Source: Clostridiaceae bacterium BRH_c20a (GTDB taxonomy: Bacteria > Bacillota > Peptococcia > Peptococcales > BICA1-8). Taken from it: DNA of 64,000 nucleotides. Location of the stretch: NCBI GenBank assembly GCA_000961765.1, contig LADT01000026.1, positions 19,574 to 83,573 of the forward strand. The letters run 5' to 3'. The notes below the pieces were generated by a model. It was not told the DNA's origin, ran no database searches, and saw only the letters and a program-made list of their open reading frames with translations. The translations under genes were made by a program, and so were the position numbers. Shown here piece after piece: positions 47,543-56,803 of this stretch; position 1 is the first letter of the stretch, and every line of letters begins with the position of its first letter.

Positions 47543-47939
47543 CTTTATCACCCCTTTCTTTTATTTGACTAAAAAAATTTGCCAGTACCGCTCCCAACCA
47601 AACTGCTAATAAACCAAGTAATACACTTAATCCTATGTTTAATAAAGCAACATTATAATTGTGTTCTTTTATTATATTTAGAGTTTCTAAGCTAAATGTT
47701 GAAAAAGTTGTAAATGCTCCTAAAAATCCAACACTAACCATCATTCTCACCTGGGGTGAAATTAAAGACTTGTCCAAAGTAATAATATAAAAAAAGCCTA
47801 AGAGAAAACACCCGAGAATATTTACAATAAATGTTCCATATGGGAAGATATGTTGGCTTTTATTATATATCCATGTCGAAAGCAGAAATCTACCTAATGC
47901 CCCTAGGGCACCCCCTAGCGAAATATAAAGATAAAGCAT
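47514..47939 (-). CDS. crcB: Fluoride efflux channel CrcB/FluC
   Basis: GGALGALGRF, PYGTFIVN, GFLGAFTTFSTF. Confidence 0.95.
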   Translation of the reverse strand: MLYLYISLGGALGALGRFLLSTWIYNKSQHIFPYGTFIVNILGCFLLGFFYIITLDKSLISPQVRMMVSVGFLGAFTTFSTFSLETLNIIKEHNYNVALLNIGLSVLLGLLAVWLGAVLANFFSQIKERGDKVGENYREGS

Positions 47940-47970
47940 ATAATTATTAATAATTTATCCCTCCCTGAAT

Positions 47971-48007
47971 AAAATAAAACCCCTACCGGTATTATGACCA
48001 GTAGGAG
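47971..48007 (-). terminator. Riboswitch expression-platform terminator
   Basis: Minus strand CTCCTACTGGT..ACCGGTAGGGG-TTTTATTTT overlaps the aptamer 3' end. Confidence 0.8.
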
Positions 48008-48062
48008 CCATTAGCTAATTAACAAACATTTAGCGGTTAAAGGCGAGCTCCATCGCCTATCC
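47998..48062 (-). ncRNA. Fluoride (crcB) riboswitch
   Basis: Minus strand GGCGATGGAGCTCGCC-TTTAACCGCT..AGCTAATGGCTCCTAC directly upstream of crcB. Confidence 0.93.
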
Positions 48063-48135
48063 ATATACCGGTATTATATAATAATATGACAAAAATTTCT
48101 ATATTAATAATTATTCCCGCTATGCAATTAGGAAA

Positions 48136-48375
48136 AAGGGGCGGCTTTTGAATTACTGTCTTATGATACATAATTATCCGCCTCTCATTGTCTATGACGG
48201 GGATAAGCACCTTTATTATGAGTGTTTGCAAAAATATGATGAAACAGAGGAACTAAATCCTCTGTATGAGTTTTTCAAATATGAAACGGAAAAAACATGG
48301 GAAAAGGCACTGGTCCTCGCCAGTGGCGTGAAGCAGGAACGCAAAGGCTTATCAGATTTTACTCAGAGTATATAG
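48136..48375 (+). pseudogene. C-terminal remnant of a Fic-family gene
   Basis: GR.LNYCLMIHNYPPLIV..YYECLQKYD resembles the segment after the HPFxxGNGRxxR motif, which is absent. Confidence 0.55.
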
Positions 48376-48654
48376 AAAACAAAATAATATGGAAACAAAA
48401 GTCATCTAGAAAAGGGGATGGCTTTTTTGTTTGCCAGTAAGAGTTTAAAGGAGGGTAGAATGAATCTCTGAATCCGCAAAAAAACCATTCCATCTGAACA
48501 AGTTCGGCTTTATAAATAATTTTCATTCAAGCAAGTAAAACACATCGTTTTTAAGAATATAAGCTCTTTGCTGTAGTAAGAGTATAAAGTAAGGTTATGT
48601 CTATCACTCAGAGCAATCAAAAATGGTTGCTCTTTTTTTACTTTTTGCAAAAAG

Positions 48655-48709
48655 TTTAATCTTGAATTAATTTAAAATTAATTTATCTTTAATATTCGTT
48701 TGCTAATAT
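48655..48709 (+). promoter_or_regulatory. Four 11-bp-phased (A/T)TTAAT boxes + extended -10 (PhoP/OmpR-type)
   Basis: TTTAAT 48655, ATTAAT 48666, ATTAAT 48677, TTTAAT 48688; TG-C-TAATAT at 48701-48709. Confidence 0.6.
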
Positions 48710-48736
48710 ATAATTGGCAGAAAGGAGAGGGGAAAA

Positions 48737-49252
48737 ATGCAAAGACTAACTAACTGGATCCACGGTGGAGATATTACTGCATTTATATTTTTTAATCGCT
48801 CCCGGAAGTTTCCGGTTACAGATTTTTTAATGCCGATTATAACCAATTTGGGAGGAGTGACCTGTTCAATTATTTTGTCGGTGTCGTTACTGGTAAGCAA
48901 AAATTCCTTTTGGTATAAATCGGGTGTTCATCTGGCGACAAGTCTTATGATAAGTCATCTTATAGTTCAGCTTTTCAAAAAGTTTCTGCCCAGGCTACGA
49001 CCATATCAGGCTCTGCAAAATGTCTATACCGGACCTAAACTCTATAAAGATGCCTCGTTTCCGTCCGGACATTCAACGGCTGCTTTTTGTACCGCTACTG
49101 TTTTTTCAATCACATTGCCGGCATTATCAGTTTTGTTCTTTTTGTTGGCCCTGTTAGTAGCAGTTTCCCGAGTTTATTTAGGCATGCATTACCCATCGGA
49201 TATTACAGCAGGTGCTGTACTGGGAGTAGTTATCGCTGTATTGATGGCCTGA
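48737..49252 (+). CDS. PAP2 family phosphatase
   Basis: K..RLRP, SFPSGH, SRVYLGMHYPSD. Confidence 0.92.
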   Translation: MQRLTNWIHGGDITAFIFFNRSRKFPVTDFLMPIITNLGGVTCSIILSVSLLVSKNSFWYKSGVHLATSLMISHLIVQLFKKFLPRLRPYQALQNVYTGPKLYKDASFPSGHSTAAFCTATVFSITLPALSVLFFLLALLVAVSRVYLGMHYPSDITAGAVLGVVIAVLMA

Positions 49253-49349
49253 GTATGTATTAAGGAAATATAGAAATTATTCTAATTTATTTTATTTGGA
49301 ATTAATTTTTACCTTGTCTTAATTTTATTAACTTTTCTATGATATTTTA

Positions 49350-49474
49350 AAAGCAAATCCTTCCTCCTCATTTATATATATATACTGTTACATCTAAGAA
49401 GATCAAAATTAAGAAGTTTTTTAACTAACCCCCTTTTTTAGACCCCATGCATTTAAGTATGTGGTCTGTCTTTT
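49350..49474 (+). ncRNA. Candidate sRNA (CU-rich, own -10 and terminator)
   Basis: -10-like TATGAT at 49338; TTCCTCCTCATTTATATA; hairpin 49440-49467 followed by a T tract; no ORF. Confidence 0.35.
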
Positions 49475-49614
49475 ATTAAGATGACAGGAAAAACCAAGTA
49501 AATGCAGTATTCAAAGTATTATCAAAGAATGAGTTAGATACAGAATGTGAAGAAATTTAACCTTTATGTTTTATAGCGAGAATAAATATCAAACAATTAG
49601 GAGGGGGAATAGAA

Positions 49615-50145
49615 GTGTTAACTCAGTCTCATGTATATATAGCTAAAGCAATAAATAAAAAATCAGGCAAGGATTTTAACCATAACTATTTTTACTTGGG
49701 GAATATTGCCCCTGATTTCATTCACTTTCATCAAAAAAAGAAACACGAATTTAAATATTCATTTTTGTATATATTGGATGAAATTGATTCTTTGGAAAAA
49801 ATAACAGATATAAATTTAGTAAGTTATAAGATGGGGATAATTACCCATTATTTGGCGGATTTTTTTTGTAAAGCCCATAATTGTGATAGGTTACTTAACA
49901 ATTTATGGCAACACTTTCAATATGAGTCACTGTTGCACAGGTTGCTAATATCCACAAAAAATGAGGTACAGGTTAATAAAAAGATATCCAATATCGAGAC
50001 CTTCTTAAAAGAAAAGTATGAAAGTTATTTAATACAAGAACCGTCAATGGCTGTTGATATTATATATTCTTTGGAAGCCTGCCAAGGTTCAGTTAATTAT
50101 ATCTTGCAAAACATGAATAAAGACTTATTAAAACAAATAGCGTAA
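49615..50145 (+). CDS. Zinc-dependent phospholipase C family protein
   Basis: SHVYIA, GNIAPD, HYLADFFCKAH, HFQYE. Confidence 0.8.
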   Translation: MLTQSHVYIAKAINKKSGKDFNHNYFYLGNIAPDFIHFHQKKKHEFKYSFLYILDEIDSLEKITDINLVSYKMGIITHYLADFFCKAHNCDRLLNNLWQHFQYESLLHRLLISTKNEVQVNKKISNIETFLKEKYESYLIQEPSMAVDIIYSLEACQGSVNYILQNMNKDLLKQIA

Positions 50146-50161
50146 ACATTTCAAATCACAC

Positions 50162-50210
50162 CACTCCCTTCATATAGAGAGGGGTGCCGTAATGGCACCC
50201 CTCTCGTTTG
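50162..50210 (+). terminator. CU-rich element + GC hairpin
   Basis: CACTCCCTTCATATA-GAGAGGGGTGCC-N5-GGCACCCCTCTC-GTTTG. Confidence 0.7.
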
Positions 50211-50231
50211 TTTGAATACAAGGGTTTTATA

Positions 50232-50286
50232 TTTTACAAAATATTAATACTAACATAACTTATTCATAATTGTTGAATGGTATCTT
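50232..50286 (+). promoter_or_regulatory. 11-bp-phased boxes + extended -10 of the phn operon
   Basis: TTTTAC 50232, ATTAAT 50243, CATAAC 50254, CATAAT 50265; TG-G-TATCTT at 50278, same register as the PAP2 promoter. Confidence 0.5.
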
Positions 50287-50331
50287 TATATTGTAAACAA
50301 ATTAAATCAATCAAATGAAAGGGGTTTAACT

Positions 50332-51345
50332 ATGAAAAAAGTGTTGGTACTTATTTTTACTGTTTTCTTTATGGGTCTCTTACTTACAGGTTGTTCCTCG
50401 GAAAACAAAAGCCTCACCATGGTCTGGTATCCGAATGAATCCGGTGAAGATTTAAAAGCCGCCCGTGAGGAAATCGGAAAAGTTATTGAAGAGGCTACCA
50501 GCAAAAAGGTGGAGCATAAACTGACAACCGACTATGTCATTGCCATTGAAGCCATTGCGTCCGGAAATGCAGATATTGCTTTCTTGGGTGCTCAAGGCTA
50601 CATTGAGGCCCATAAGAAAAACCAAAAAGTCCTTCCTTTGGTGGTTAACTCAGGTAGCTCCGGAACCCTTGAAGATGCCGTTTATTACAGCTGGTTAAAT
50701 GTGAAAAAGGGTAATGAGAATCAGTACAAGTCCGGCAGTCAATATGCTATTGACAATATCCAGGGCAAACGGTTCTCTTTTGTCTCCAGCAGTTCCACCT
50801 CAGGCTTTAAAGTACCTTCCGCCGGAATTGTCTCTTATTTCTCCAAGAAAGATGCTTGGAAAGATTTAAAACAGGAAGAATTGACAGAGGGCGGTAAGAA
50901 CAAGTTTTTCAGTGAGGTGCTCTTTGGAGGTTCCCACCAGGGCTCTGCAGTAAACTTGCTTACCGATAAAGCCGATGTGGCTGCCTTTTGTGATACTTGT
51001 GTTGCCAATTATGTAGAACTGGCCGCAGGAACTCCTAACAGGCCGGGAGCCGTTTACCGCGTCAAACAAGATGCTGTGGAACCCTTCGATAAAGTACGGG
51101 GTGAAGAATTCGTAGCTATTTCCGTAACACCGGTTTTAAATGCTCCCTTCGCTTATAATTCCGAAACAGTTAATCAAGAAACCATGGAAGCATTAAGGAA
51201 AGCTTTAGTCGGTGATGATGTAGCAAATAATGAGCAGATATTTGTTCCCAAAGAATCTGATTTTAAAGGACTTTTTGCCAAGGGGCAGCGTTTTGTAGAA
51301 GTAACCGATGATTGGTTTAATCCGATTCGAGAGCTTTCAAACTAA
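50332..51345 (+). CDS. phnD: Phosphonate ABC substrate-binding lipoprotein
   Basis: Lipobox LTGC, TTDY..IEA, SSTSGFKVP, GGSHQGS. Confidence 0.88.
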   Translation: MKKVLVLIFTVFFMGLLLTGCSSENKSLTMVWYPNESGEDLKAAREEIGKVIEEATSKKVEHKLTTDYVIAIEAIASGNADIAFLGAQGYIEAHKKNQKVLPLVVNSGSSGTLEDAVYYSWLNVKKGNENQYKSGSQYAIDNIQGKRFSFVSSSSTSGFKVPSAGIVSYFSKKDAWKDLKQEELTEGGKNKFFSEVLFGGSHQGSAVNLLTDKADVAAFCDTCVANYVELAAGTPNRPGAVYRVKQDAVEPFDKVRGEEFVAISVTPVLNAPFAYNSETVNQETMEALRKALVGDDVANNEQIFVPKESDFKGLFAKGQRFVEVTDDWFNPIRELSN

Positions 51346-51370
51346 AAAACGGTGTAAAGGATGTTGTAGG

Positions 51371-52156
51371 ATGACGTTATTGAAATTAGTAAATGTTGCC
51401 AAACAATATAACGGCGGAACAATAGCGTTATCAAATATCAACTTCTCCGTTAGGGAAGGGGAGTTTGTATCCATAATCGGTCCGTCGGGAGCGGGAAAAT
51501 CAACTCTCCTTCGCTGTATTAACAGAATGATTGAGACAACGGGCGGAGATATCATATTTGATGGCGTCAGTGTCAATGGCCTTAAAAAAAATGAGCTGCG
51601 GAGATTGCGGACAAAAATTGGGATGATTTTTCAGCACTATAACTTAGTAAATAGATTAAGCGTTATTGAGAATGTTTTGCACGGTAGACTTGGTTATAAA
51701 TCGACATTAGCCGGTGCCTTAGGTATTTATACCGAAGATGAGAAAAGCCAGGCACTGGAAATTTTAGAAGTTTTAGGTTTGGAAGATCATATCTATCGTA
51801 GGTGTGACCAGTTAAGTGGAGGGCAGAAGCAGCGGGTAGGGATTGCCAGAGCCTTAATTCAAAATCCGAAAATACTTTTGTGTGATGAGCCTATCGCTTC
51901 TCTGGACCCTAACGCTTCCAAGGTTATTATGGATTACCTGAAAAAAATAACAACGGAAATGGGTATCACTTGCCTGGTCAATTTACACCAGGTAAATGTA
52001 GCTCTCACTTACTCTGACCGGATTATCGGCATAAAAAAAGGACATATCGTTTATGACGGGTCACCTCAGGAAATTACTGCCGGCGAAATTCATAACATCT
52101 ATGGTTCGGAAGCTGGGGAATTGATTATGGACGTGGGGGGTGCCCATGCAAGCTGA
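51371..52156 (+). CDS. phnC: Phosphonate ABC ATP-binding protein
   Basis: GPSGAGKST, LSGGQKQR, DEPIASLDP, NLHQ; ATG 51371 preferred over the ORF-track start 51308. Confidence 0.92.
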   Translation: MTLLKLVNVAKQYNGGTIALSNINFSVREGEFVSIIGPSGAGKSTLLRCINRMIETTGGDIIFDGVSVNGLKKNELRRLRTKIGMIFQHYNLVNRLSVIENVLHGRLGYKSTLAGALGIYTEDEKSQALEILEVLGLEDHIYRRCDQLSGGQKQRVGIARALIQNPKILLCDEPIASLDPNASKVIMDYLKKITTEMGITCLVNLHQVNVALTYSDRIIGIKKGHIVYDGSPQEITAGEIHNIYGSEAGELIMDVGGAHAS

Positions 52157-52931
52157 TTTTTTTGCCCAGAAAAGGAAAAACAGTTTATTCTTTTTTGCAG
52201 TACTGCTGGTAGTGACCTTAATTTCTGTCTTATTAACAGAATATGATGTGGCTAAAGGGTTAACAAGTGGATTTAAGGCTTTAGGATGGGCTGTTACGAA
52301 TTTTTATCCTAATGAAAATTCCCTCTCTAAGCTTCCGAATGTTCTTAATAAATTGAAGGAAACCATTCTAATGTCTGTTGCAGCCACTACTTCTGCTGCT
52401 GTTTTTGCTTCCCTCTTTGCGTTATGGGGATCACAGACTACCAAAGTAAATCAATTTCTGAGTACGCTTAGTAGGGGTGTGGCTTCTCTATTCCGTAATA
52501 TTCCATTGGTGGCTTGGGCTATGGTTTTACTTTTTTCTTTTGGACAAAGCTCACTTACAGGATATTTCGCCCTTTTCTTTGCGACTTTTGGTTTTTTAAC
52601 CAGGGCTTTTATCGAAACCATTGATGAAGTAAGCAACAGTTCGGTTGAGGCATTAAGGGCTACAGGTGCAAGCTATTTCCAAATTGTTTTTCAAGCTGTC
52701 CTGCCTTCAAGTATTCCTCAAATGCTTAGTTGGGTGTTATTTATGGTTGAAACCAATATTCGTGATGCGACTCTCCTGGGAATTTTAACAGGTTCGGGTA
52801 TTGGATTTTCTTTTAATTTATATTACAAGAGCATGAATTACCATGCCGCCAGTCTTGTTGTTATTGTTATTGTGTTGACGGTTTTTTTCATTGAGTATGT
52901 TTCAAATCATATTAGGAGGGTGATTTTGTAA
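52146..52931 (+). CDS. phnE: Phosphonate ABC permease
   Basis: VEALRATGA, ETNIRDATLLG..GSGIG. Confidence 0.88.
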   Translation: MQADFFAQKRKNSLFFFAVLLVVTLISVLLTEYDVAKGLTSGFKALGWAVTNFYPNENSLSKLPNVLNKLKETILMSVAATTSAAVFASLFALWGSQTTKVNQFLSTLSRGVASLFRNIPLVAWAMVLLFSFGQSSLTGYFALFFATFGFLTRAFIETIDEVSNSSVEALRATGASYFQIVFQAVLPSSIPQMLSWVLFMVETNIRDATLLGILTGSGIGFSFNLYYKSMNYHAASLVVIVIVLTVFFIEYVSNHIRRVIL

Positions 52932-53797
52932 TGCAAAGGGAGGAAATATTAAAGACTGTTTGGGAGAATACAGCTTTAGGACCGATCTGGGGGCAAAAAA
53001 AAGTTGTCAGGATACCCTTTAATAAAGGGACAATCACCATCCAAATTACTTTACTGATATTGGCACTAATTACTATTTACAGTTTTTTAAGCTTTGACTA
53101 TAAAGATATAAATATTTTTGCGGCATTTATTTCCAGTATTGCTACTTTCAAAACAATGTTTTTAGAGGCAAATATCAAGCATTTCACTGTCGGAGAAGCC
53201 ATATATCAGATAATAGTTACTTTGGGACTGGCCTTTTTAACAACCATCCTGGGTGCCATTGCTGCTCTGTTTTTTGGCCTTTTGGCAGCACAGAATCTGT
53301 CTTCTCCCAGAGTTTCCAATATTGTTAAAGGTTTTGTGGCCTTGATTAGAGCAATTCCTACCGTATTATGGGTTTTAATCTTTGCGGTGGCTGCGGGGCT
53401 TGGCAGTGTAGCCGCTGTTATCGGTATGACTTTTCACTCCGTGGCTTATTTAATCAAGGCCTATTCCGAATCTTTTGAGGAATTGGATAAAGATGTAATC
53501 GAGGCCTTAAAGGGCAGTGGGGCCAATTGGTGGCAGATTGTTTGCCAGGCAGTGATACCATCCTCGGTCACATACCTGCTTTCCTGGACATTTATGCGTT
53601 TTGAAATTAATTTTACCAATGCTGTGGCTATGGGTGCCGCTGCCGGTGCAGGTGGTATCGGTTTTGATTTATTTATGGCCAGCGGGCATTATTTTGATTT
53701 GCATGAAGTTGGTTTTATCACTTACGGCATCCTCTTAGTCGCCTTAGCTTTAGAAGTATTTACTACCAGAGTCAAGCTTTATCTCAAAAACGCCTAA
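52931..53797 (+). CDS. phnE: Phosphonate ABC permease (second copy)
   Basis: IRAIP, IEALKGSGA, RFEINF..GAGGIG. Confidence 0.88.
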   Translation: MQREEILKTVWENTALGPIWGQKKVVRIPFNKGTITIQITLLILALITIYSFLSFDYKDINIFAAFISSIATFKTMFLEANIKHFTVGEAIYQIIVTLGLAFLTTILGAIAALFFGLLAAQNLSSPRVSNIVKGFVALIRAIPTVLWVLIFAVAAGLGSVAAVIGMTFHSVAYLIKAYSESFEELDKDVIEALKGSGANWWQIVCQAVIPSSVTYLLSWTFMRFEINFTNAVAMGAAAGAGGIGFDLFMASGHYFDLHEVGFITYGILLVALALEVFTTRVKLYLKNA

Positions 53798-53827
53798 TTA
53801 AGAACTTAATCAGGTCAATTAATAGGG

Positions 53828-54259
53828 GTGGCAAAATTGTTAAGAAAACGAAGAACTACCATTCTGGTCAAAGGTGATCAAAAGCTAGCCAAATCATTGG
53901 CTGAACAGATAATTAAAAACTATAATGTTAAAGTTATGCAAAAACCGGAAAATGGCTTAGTGATGGTTAAAATGAGGGAAAGTTCAGCCCGCAAACTGTT
54001 CTATCTGGGTGAGCTGTTGGTAACCGAGTGTAAAGTTCAAATCAATGAGGTATTAGGAGTAGGTTTGGTTTCAGGCGATAGGCAAGAATTGGCTTATTAT
54101 CTGGCTGTAATTGATGCCGCCTGCAATGCCGCTTTACCTGAAACAAAAAGCTGGGAATCCGTACTCATGGTGGAGGAAGAAAAAATTGCAGCCCATGAAG
54201 CTAAAGAGCACTTAAAACTTCTCAGAACCAAAGTTAATTTTGAGACAATGGATGTCTAG
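53828..54259 (+). CDS. phnG: C-P lyase subunit PhnG
   Basis: PENGLVM, FYLGELLVTEC, TKVNFETM. Confidence 0.92.
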   Translation: MAKLLRKRRTTILVKGDQKLAKSLAEQIIKNYNVKVMQKPENGLVMVKMRESSARKLFYLGELLVTECKVQINEVLGVGLVSGDRQELAYYLAVIDAACNAALPETKSWESVLMVEEEKIAAHEAKEHLKLLRTKVNFETMDV

Positions 54260-54271
54260 GAGGTTACCAAT

Positions 54272-54859
54272 ATGTTTGACCATGTTCATGATTCCCAAAA
54301 AGCCTATCGTAAACTAGTCGATTCGTTAGCTAAACCGGGAACTATAAATTCTCTGAAACCAGAAAGCGAAAAGCTTGATTTATCGGTAAACTGCAATAAA
54401 TCAATGCTTTTGTTAATGTTAATGCTTTTAGATACGGAGGTCACCTTTCAAATTCTTAGTGAAAATAGCGAAAAAATTGCTAAATACATTAATCAGCTTA
54501 CTTATGCCAAAACGGAATCTCTGGAAAAAGCAGATTTCATATTTGTTTTACAAGATAGTGCTGCAGAAGATTTCTTTACTGCCATTGAGGGATGCAAACT
54601 TGGTGATTTGGTTAATCCTCATCTATCAGCCACTTTAATAATTGAAGTTGAGCGAATAACCAATGAAAAGCAATTAATCTTAAAGGGTCCTGGTATAAAA
54701 GAAACAAATTATGCCGCTCTTTCCTTCGCTGAAGATTGGGTTCATTACCGGGCGGCTAAAAATGCAGAATATCCTTTAGGTGTTGAAATTTATTTTATCG
54801 ATAAAGAACATAATCTTCTGGCGATTCCCAGAACTACAACTATTTCAGTAAAGAGGTGA
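54272..54859 (+). CDS. phnH: C-P lyase subunit PhnH
   Basis: HDSQKAYR..AKPG, LLD, P..SATL, GPGI, YPLGV, IPRTT. Confidence 0.92.
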   Translation: MFDHVHDSQKAYRKLVDSLAKPGTINSLKPESEKLDLSVNCNKSMLLLMLMLLDTEVTFQILSENSEKIAKYINQLTYAKTESLEKADFIFVLQDSAAEDFFTAIEGCKLGDLVNPHLSATLIIEVERITNEKQLILKGPGIKETNYAALSFAEDWVHYRAAKNAEYPLGVEIYFIDKEHNLLAIPRTTTISVKR

Positions 54860-54863
54860 ACAT

Positions 54864-55979
54864 ATGGGATACGTCGCGGTAAAAGGTGGCCTAAGGGCCA
54901 TTGAAGAGTCTGGCAAAAGATTGCGTTATGAACGGTTAAAAGGCCGTAGTGTTATCACAGTAGAAACCATTAAAAATACACTGCGGGGGATGATTGATCA
55001 GATTATGTCGGAGGGGAGCTTGTATTCCAGGGATTTGGCAGCCTTGGCCATCAAACAGGCCGAAGGCAATGCTGAAGAGGCCACTTTTCTTTTACGGGCT
55101 TATCGTTCAACGTTACCGAGAAAATATTACTCCCAAGTGGTGGAACCCCGAGAAATGCGAGTAAAAAGGCGGATTTCGGCAGCTTTCAAGGATATTCCCG
55201 GCGGACAAATCCTGGGAGCCTCTTATGATTATACCCATCGACTTCTTGATTTTGGTTTAGATAAAGAAAATTTGGCAGATATCTTAAAATGGTTAAAAGA
55301 GTTTGAAGAAAGCCCTGAAGTTGAAGAAAGGTCTCATCGGACTACCTTGCCCAAAGTAGTAGATTTTCTTAGAGAAGAAGGATTAATAACCACTGTAGAA
55401 AATGATGATACCGAACCGGAGGATACCACCCGCAAGAGTCTGGAGTTTCCCACCACTAGGAGTGAGCGGCTGCAGGTTCTTACCCGGGGGCAGACCGGTG
55501 CAATGACGGCTTTGGGTTATGCTGCTATCCGCGGCTATGGAACGGTACACCCAACAGTTGGTGAATTACGGGTAGGCTATCTGCCGGTGGCCATTAATTA
55601 TCCTTTGGATAGCTCAGAAACTGAAGATGATGGTCTTTATATCGGCGAAATACAGGTAACGGAAGTTGAAGCTTTGATTCCAGAAACTAAAGAGCTGGTC
55701 AACGGTAAAAAAGAAATTCAGTTCGGCATCGGTTATGGCATTTGCTATGGACAAAACGAAACCAAAGCCATCGCCATGAGCATTTTAGATAATTGCTTGG
55801 AAAAAAGCCATTTGGACTCACCGGTCCATGACGAAGAATTTGTTTTAATGCATATCGATTGTGTGGAAGCCACCGGCTTTATCTCCCACCTGAAGCTGCC
55901 CCACTATGTAACCTTCCAGTCCAATCTTGACAGCGCGCGAAAAACAAAAGTGAAGGATGAGAATGATGAACAATTATAA
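54864..55979 (+). CDS. phnI: C-P lyase subunit PhnI
   Basis: YVAVKGG, LLRAYRSTL, RRISAAFKDIPGGQ, HLKLPHYVTFQS. Confidence 0.95.
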   Translation: MGYVAVKGGLRAIEESGKRLRYERLKGRSVITVETIKNTLRGMIDQIMSEGSLYSRDLAALAIKQAEGNAEEATFLLRAYRSTLPRKYYSQVVEPREMRVKRRISAAFKDIPGGQILGASYDYTHRLLDFGLDKENLADILKWLKEFEESPEVEERSHRTTLPKVVDFLREEGLITTVENDDTEPEDTTRKSLEFPTTRSERLQVLTRGQTGAMTALGYAAIRGYGTVHPTVGELRVGYLPVAINYPLDSSETEDDGLYIGEIQVTEVEALIPETKELVNGKKEIQFGIGYGICYGQNETKAIAMSILDNCLEKSHLDSPVHDEEFVLMHIDCVEATGFISHLKLPHYVTFQSNLDSARKTKVKDENDEQL

Positions 55980-56802
55980 TTTTGCTTTTTTCGACGAGGG
56001 TTCTAAACGGGAAATTAGAAGGGCCACCTTAAAAGCCATAGCACTGCCGGGTTATCAAGTGCCGTTTGCTTCTAGGGAAATGCCCATTGCCAGGGGGTGG
56101 GGCACAGGTGGACTGCAGCTAACATTATCACTGGTGGGCAAAAATGATCGGCTTAAGGTGATCGATCAAGGCTCCGATGAATCGGTAAATGCTGTAAGTA
56201 TAAAAAAACTGGTTATCGGCACCACGGGCATTGATGAGACCGATAAGACTGGGGAAGCAACATTAATCCAAAGCAGACACCGTATTCCCGAAGCGGAACT
56301 ACGGGAAGATCAGATTCTCGTTTTGCAAGTGCCCATTCCCGAACCACTAAGGGAAATTGAACCTAGTGAATATGCGACTAAACGTTTGCATGCCGATAAA
56401 GAATACAGCGGGGTTTGGTTGATGCTCTTTGAACAGATCATGGCCCACGGCAGTGTGGCTACAGGGGCCGACCATCCGGTGCTGGTGCATGACCGTTATG
56501 TCATGGCACCCAGTCCTATACCCAGATTTGATAATCCAAAATTAGATCACTCCCAGGCCTTAATTCTTTTGGGAGCCGGGAGAGAAAAAAAGATTTATGC
56601 AGTACCGCCTTATACTAAAGTAGTTTCACTGGCTTTTGAGGACTATCCCTTTGAGGTGGAGAGAATGGCTGAGCGTCAATGCCGATTATGTGGAGCTGCA
56701 GGAGTTTATTTTGATGAATTGTTTGATGAAAAGACCAATGAAAAGTATTACCAGTGCAATGATGTCAGTTATTGCTTGCAAACAAGAATTAGCTTGAGTT
56801 GA
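55957..56802 (+). CDS. phnJ: C-P lyase PhnJ
   Basis: PGYQVPF..GWGTGG, QSRHRIPE, CX2CX21CX5C cluster motif. Confidence 0.96.
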   Translation: MRMMNNYNFAFFDEGSKREIRRATLKAIALPGYQVPFASREMPIARGWGTGGLQLTLSLVGKNDRLKVIDQGSDESVNAVSIKKLVIGTTGIDETDKTGEATLIQSRHRIPEAELREDQILVLQVPIPEPLREIEPSEYATKRLHADKEYSGVWLMLFEQIMAHGSVATGADHPVLVHDRYVMAPSPIPRFDNPKLDHSQALILLGAGREKKIYAVPPYTKVVSLAFEDYPFEVERMAERQCRLCGAAGVYFDELFDEKTNEKYYQCNDVSYCLQTRISLS

Positions 56803-56803
56803 G

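Noticed and set aside
48037-48231. 64-aa minus-strand ORF
   Set aside because: Overlaps the crcB promoter/riboswitch and the antisense of the Fic remnant.
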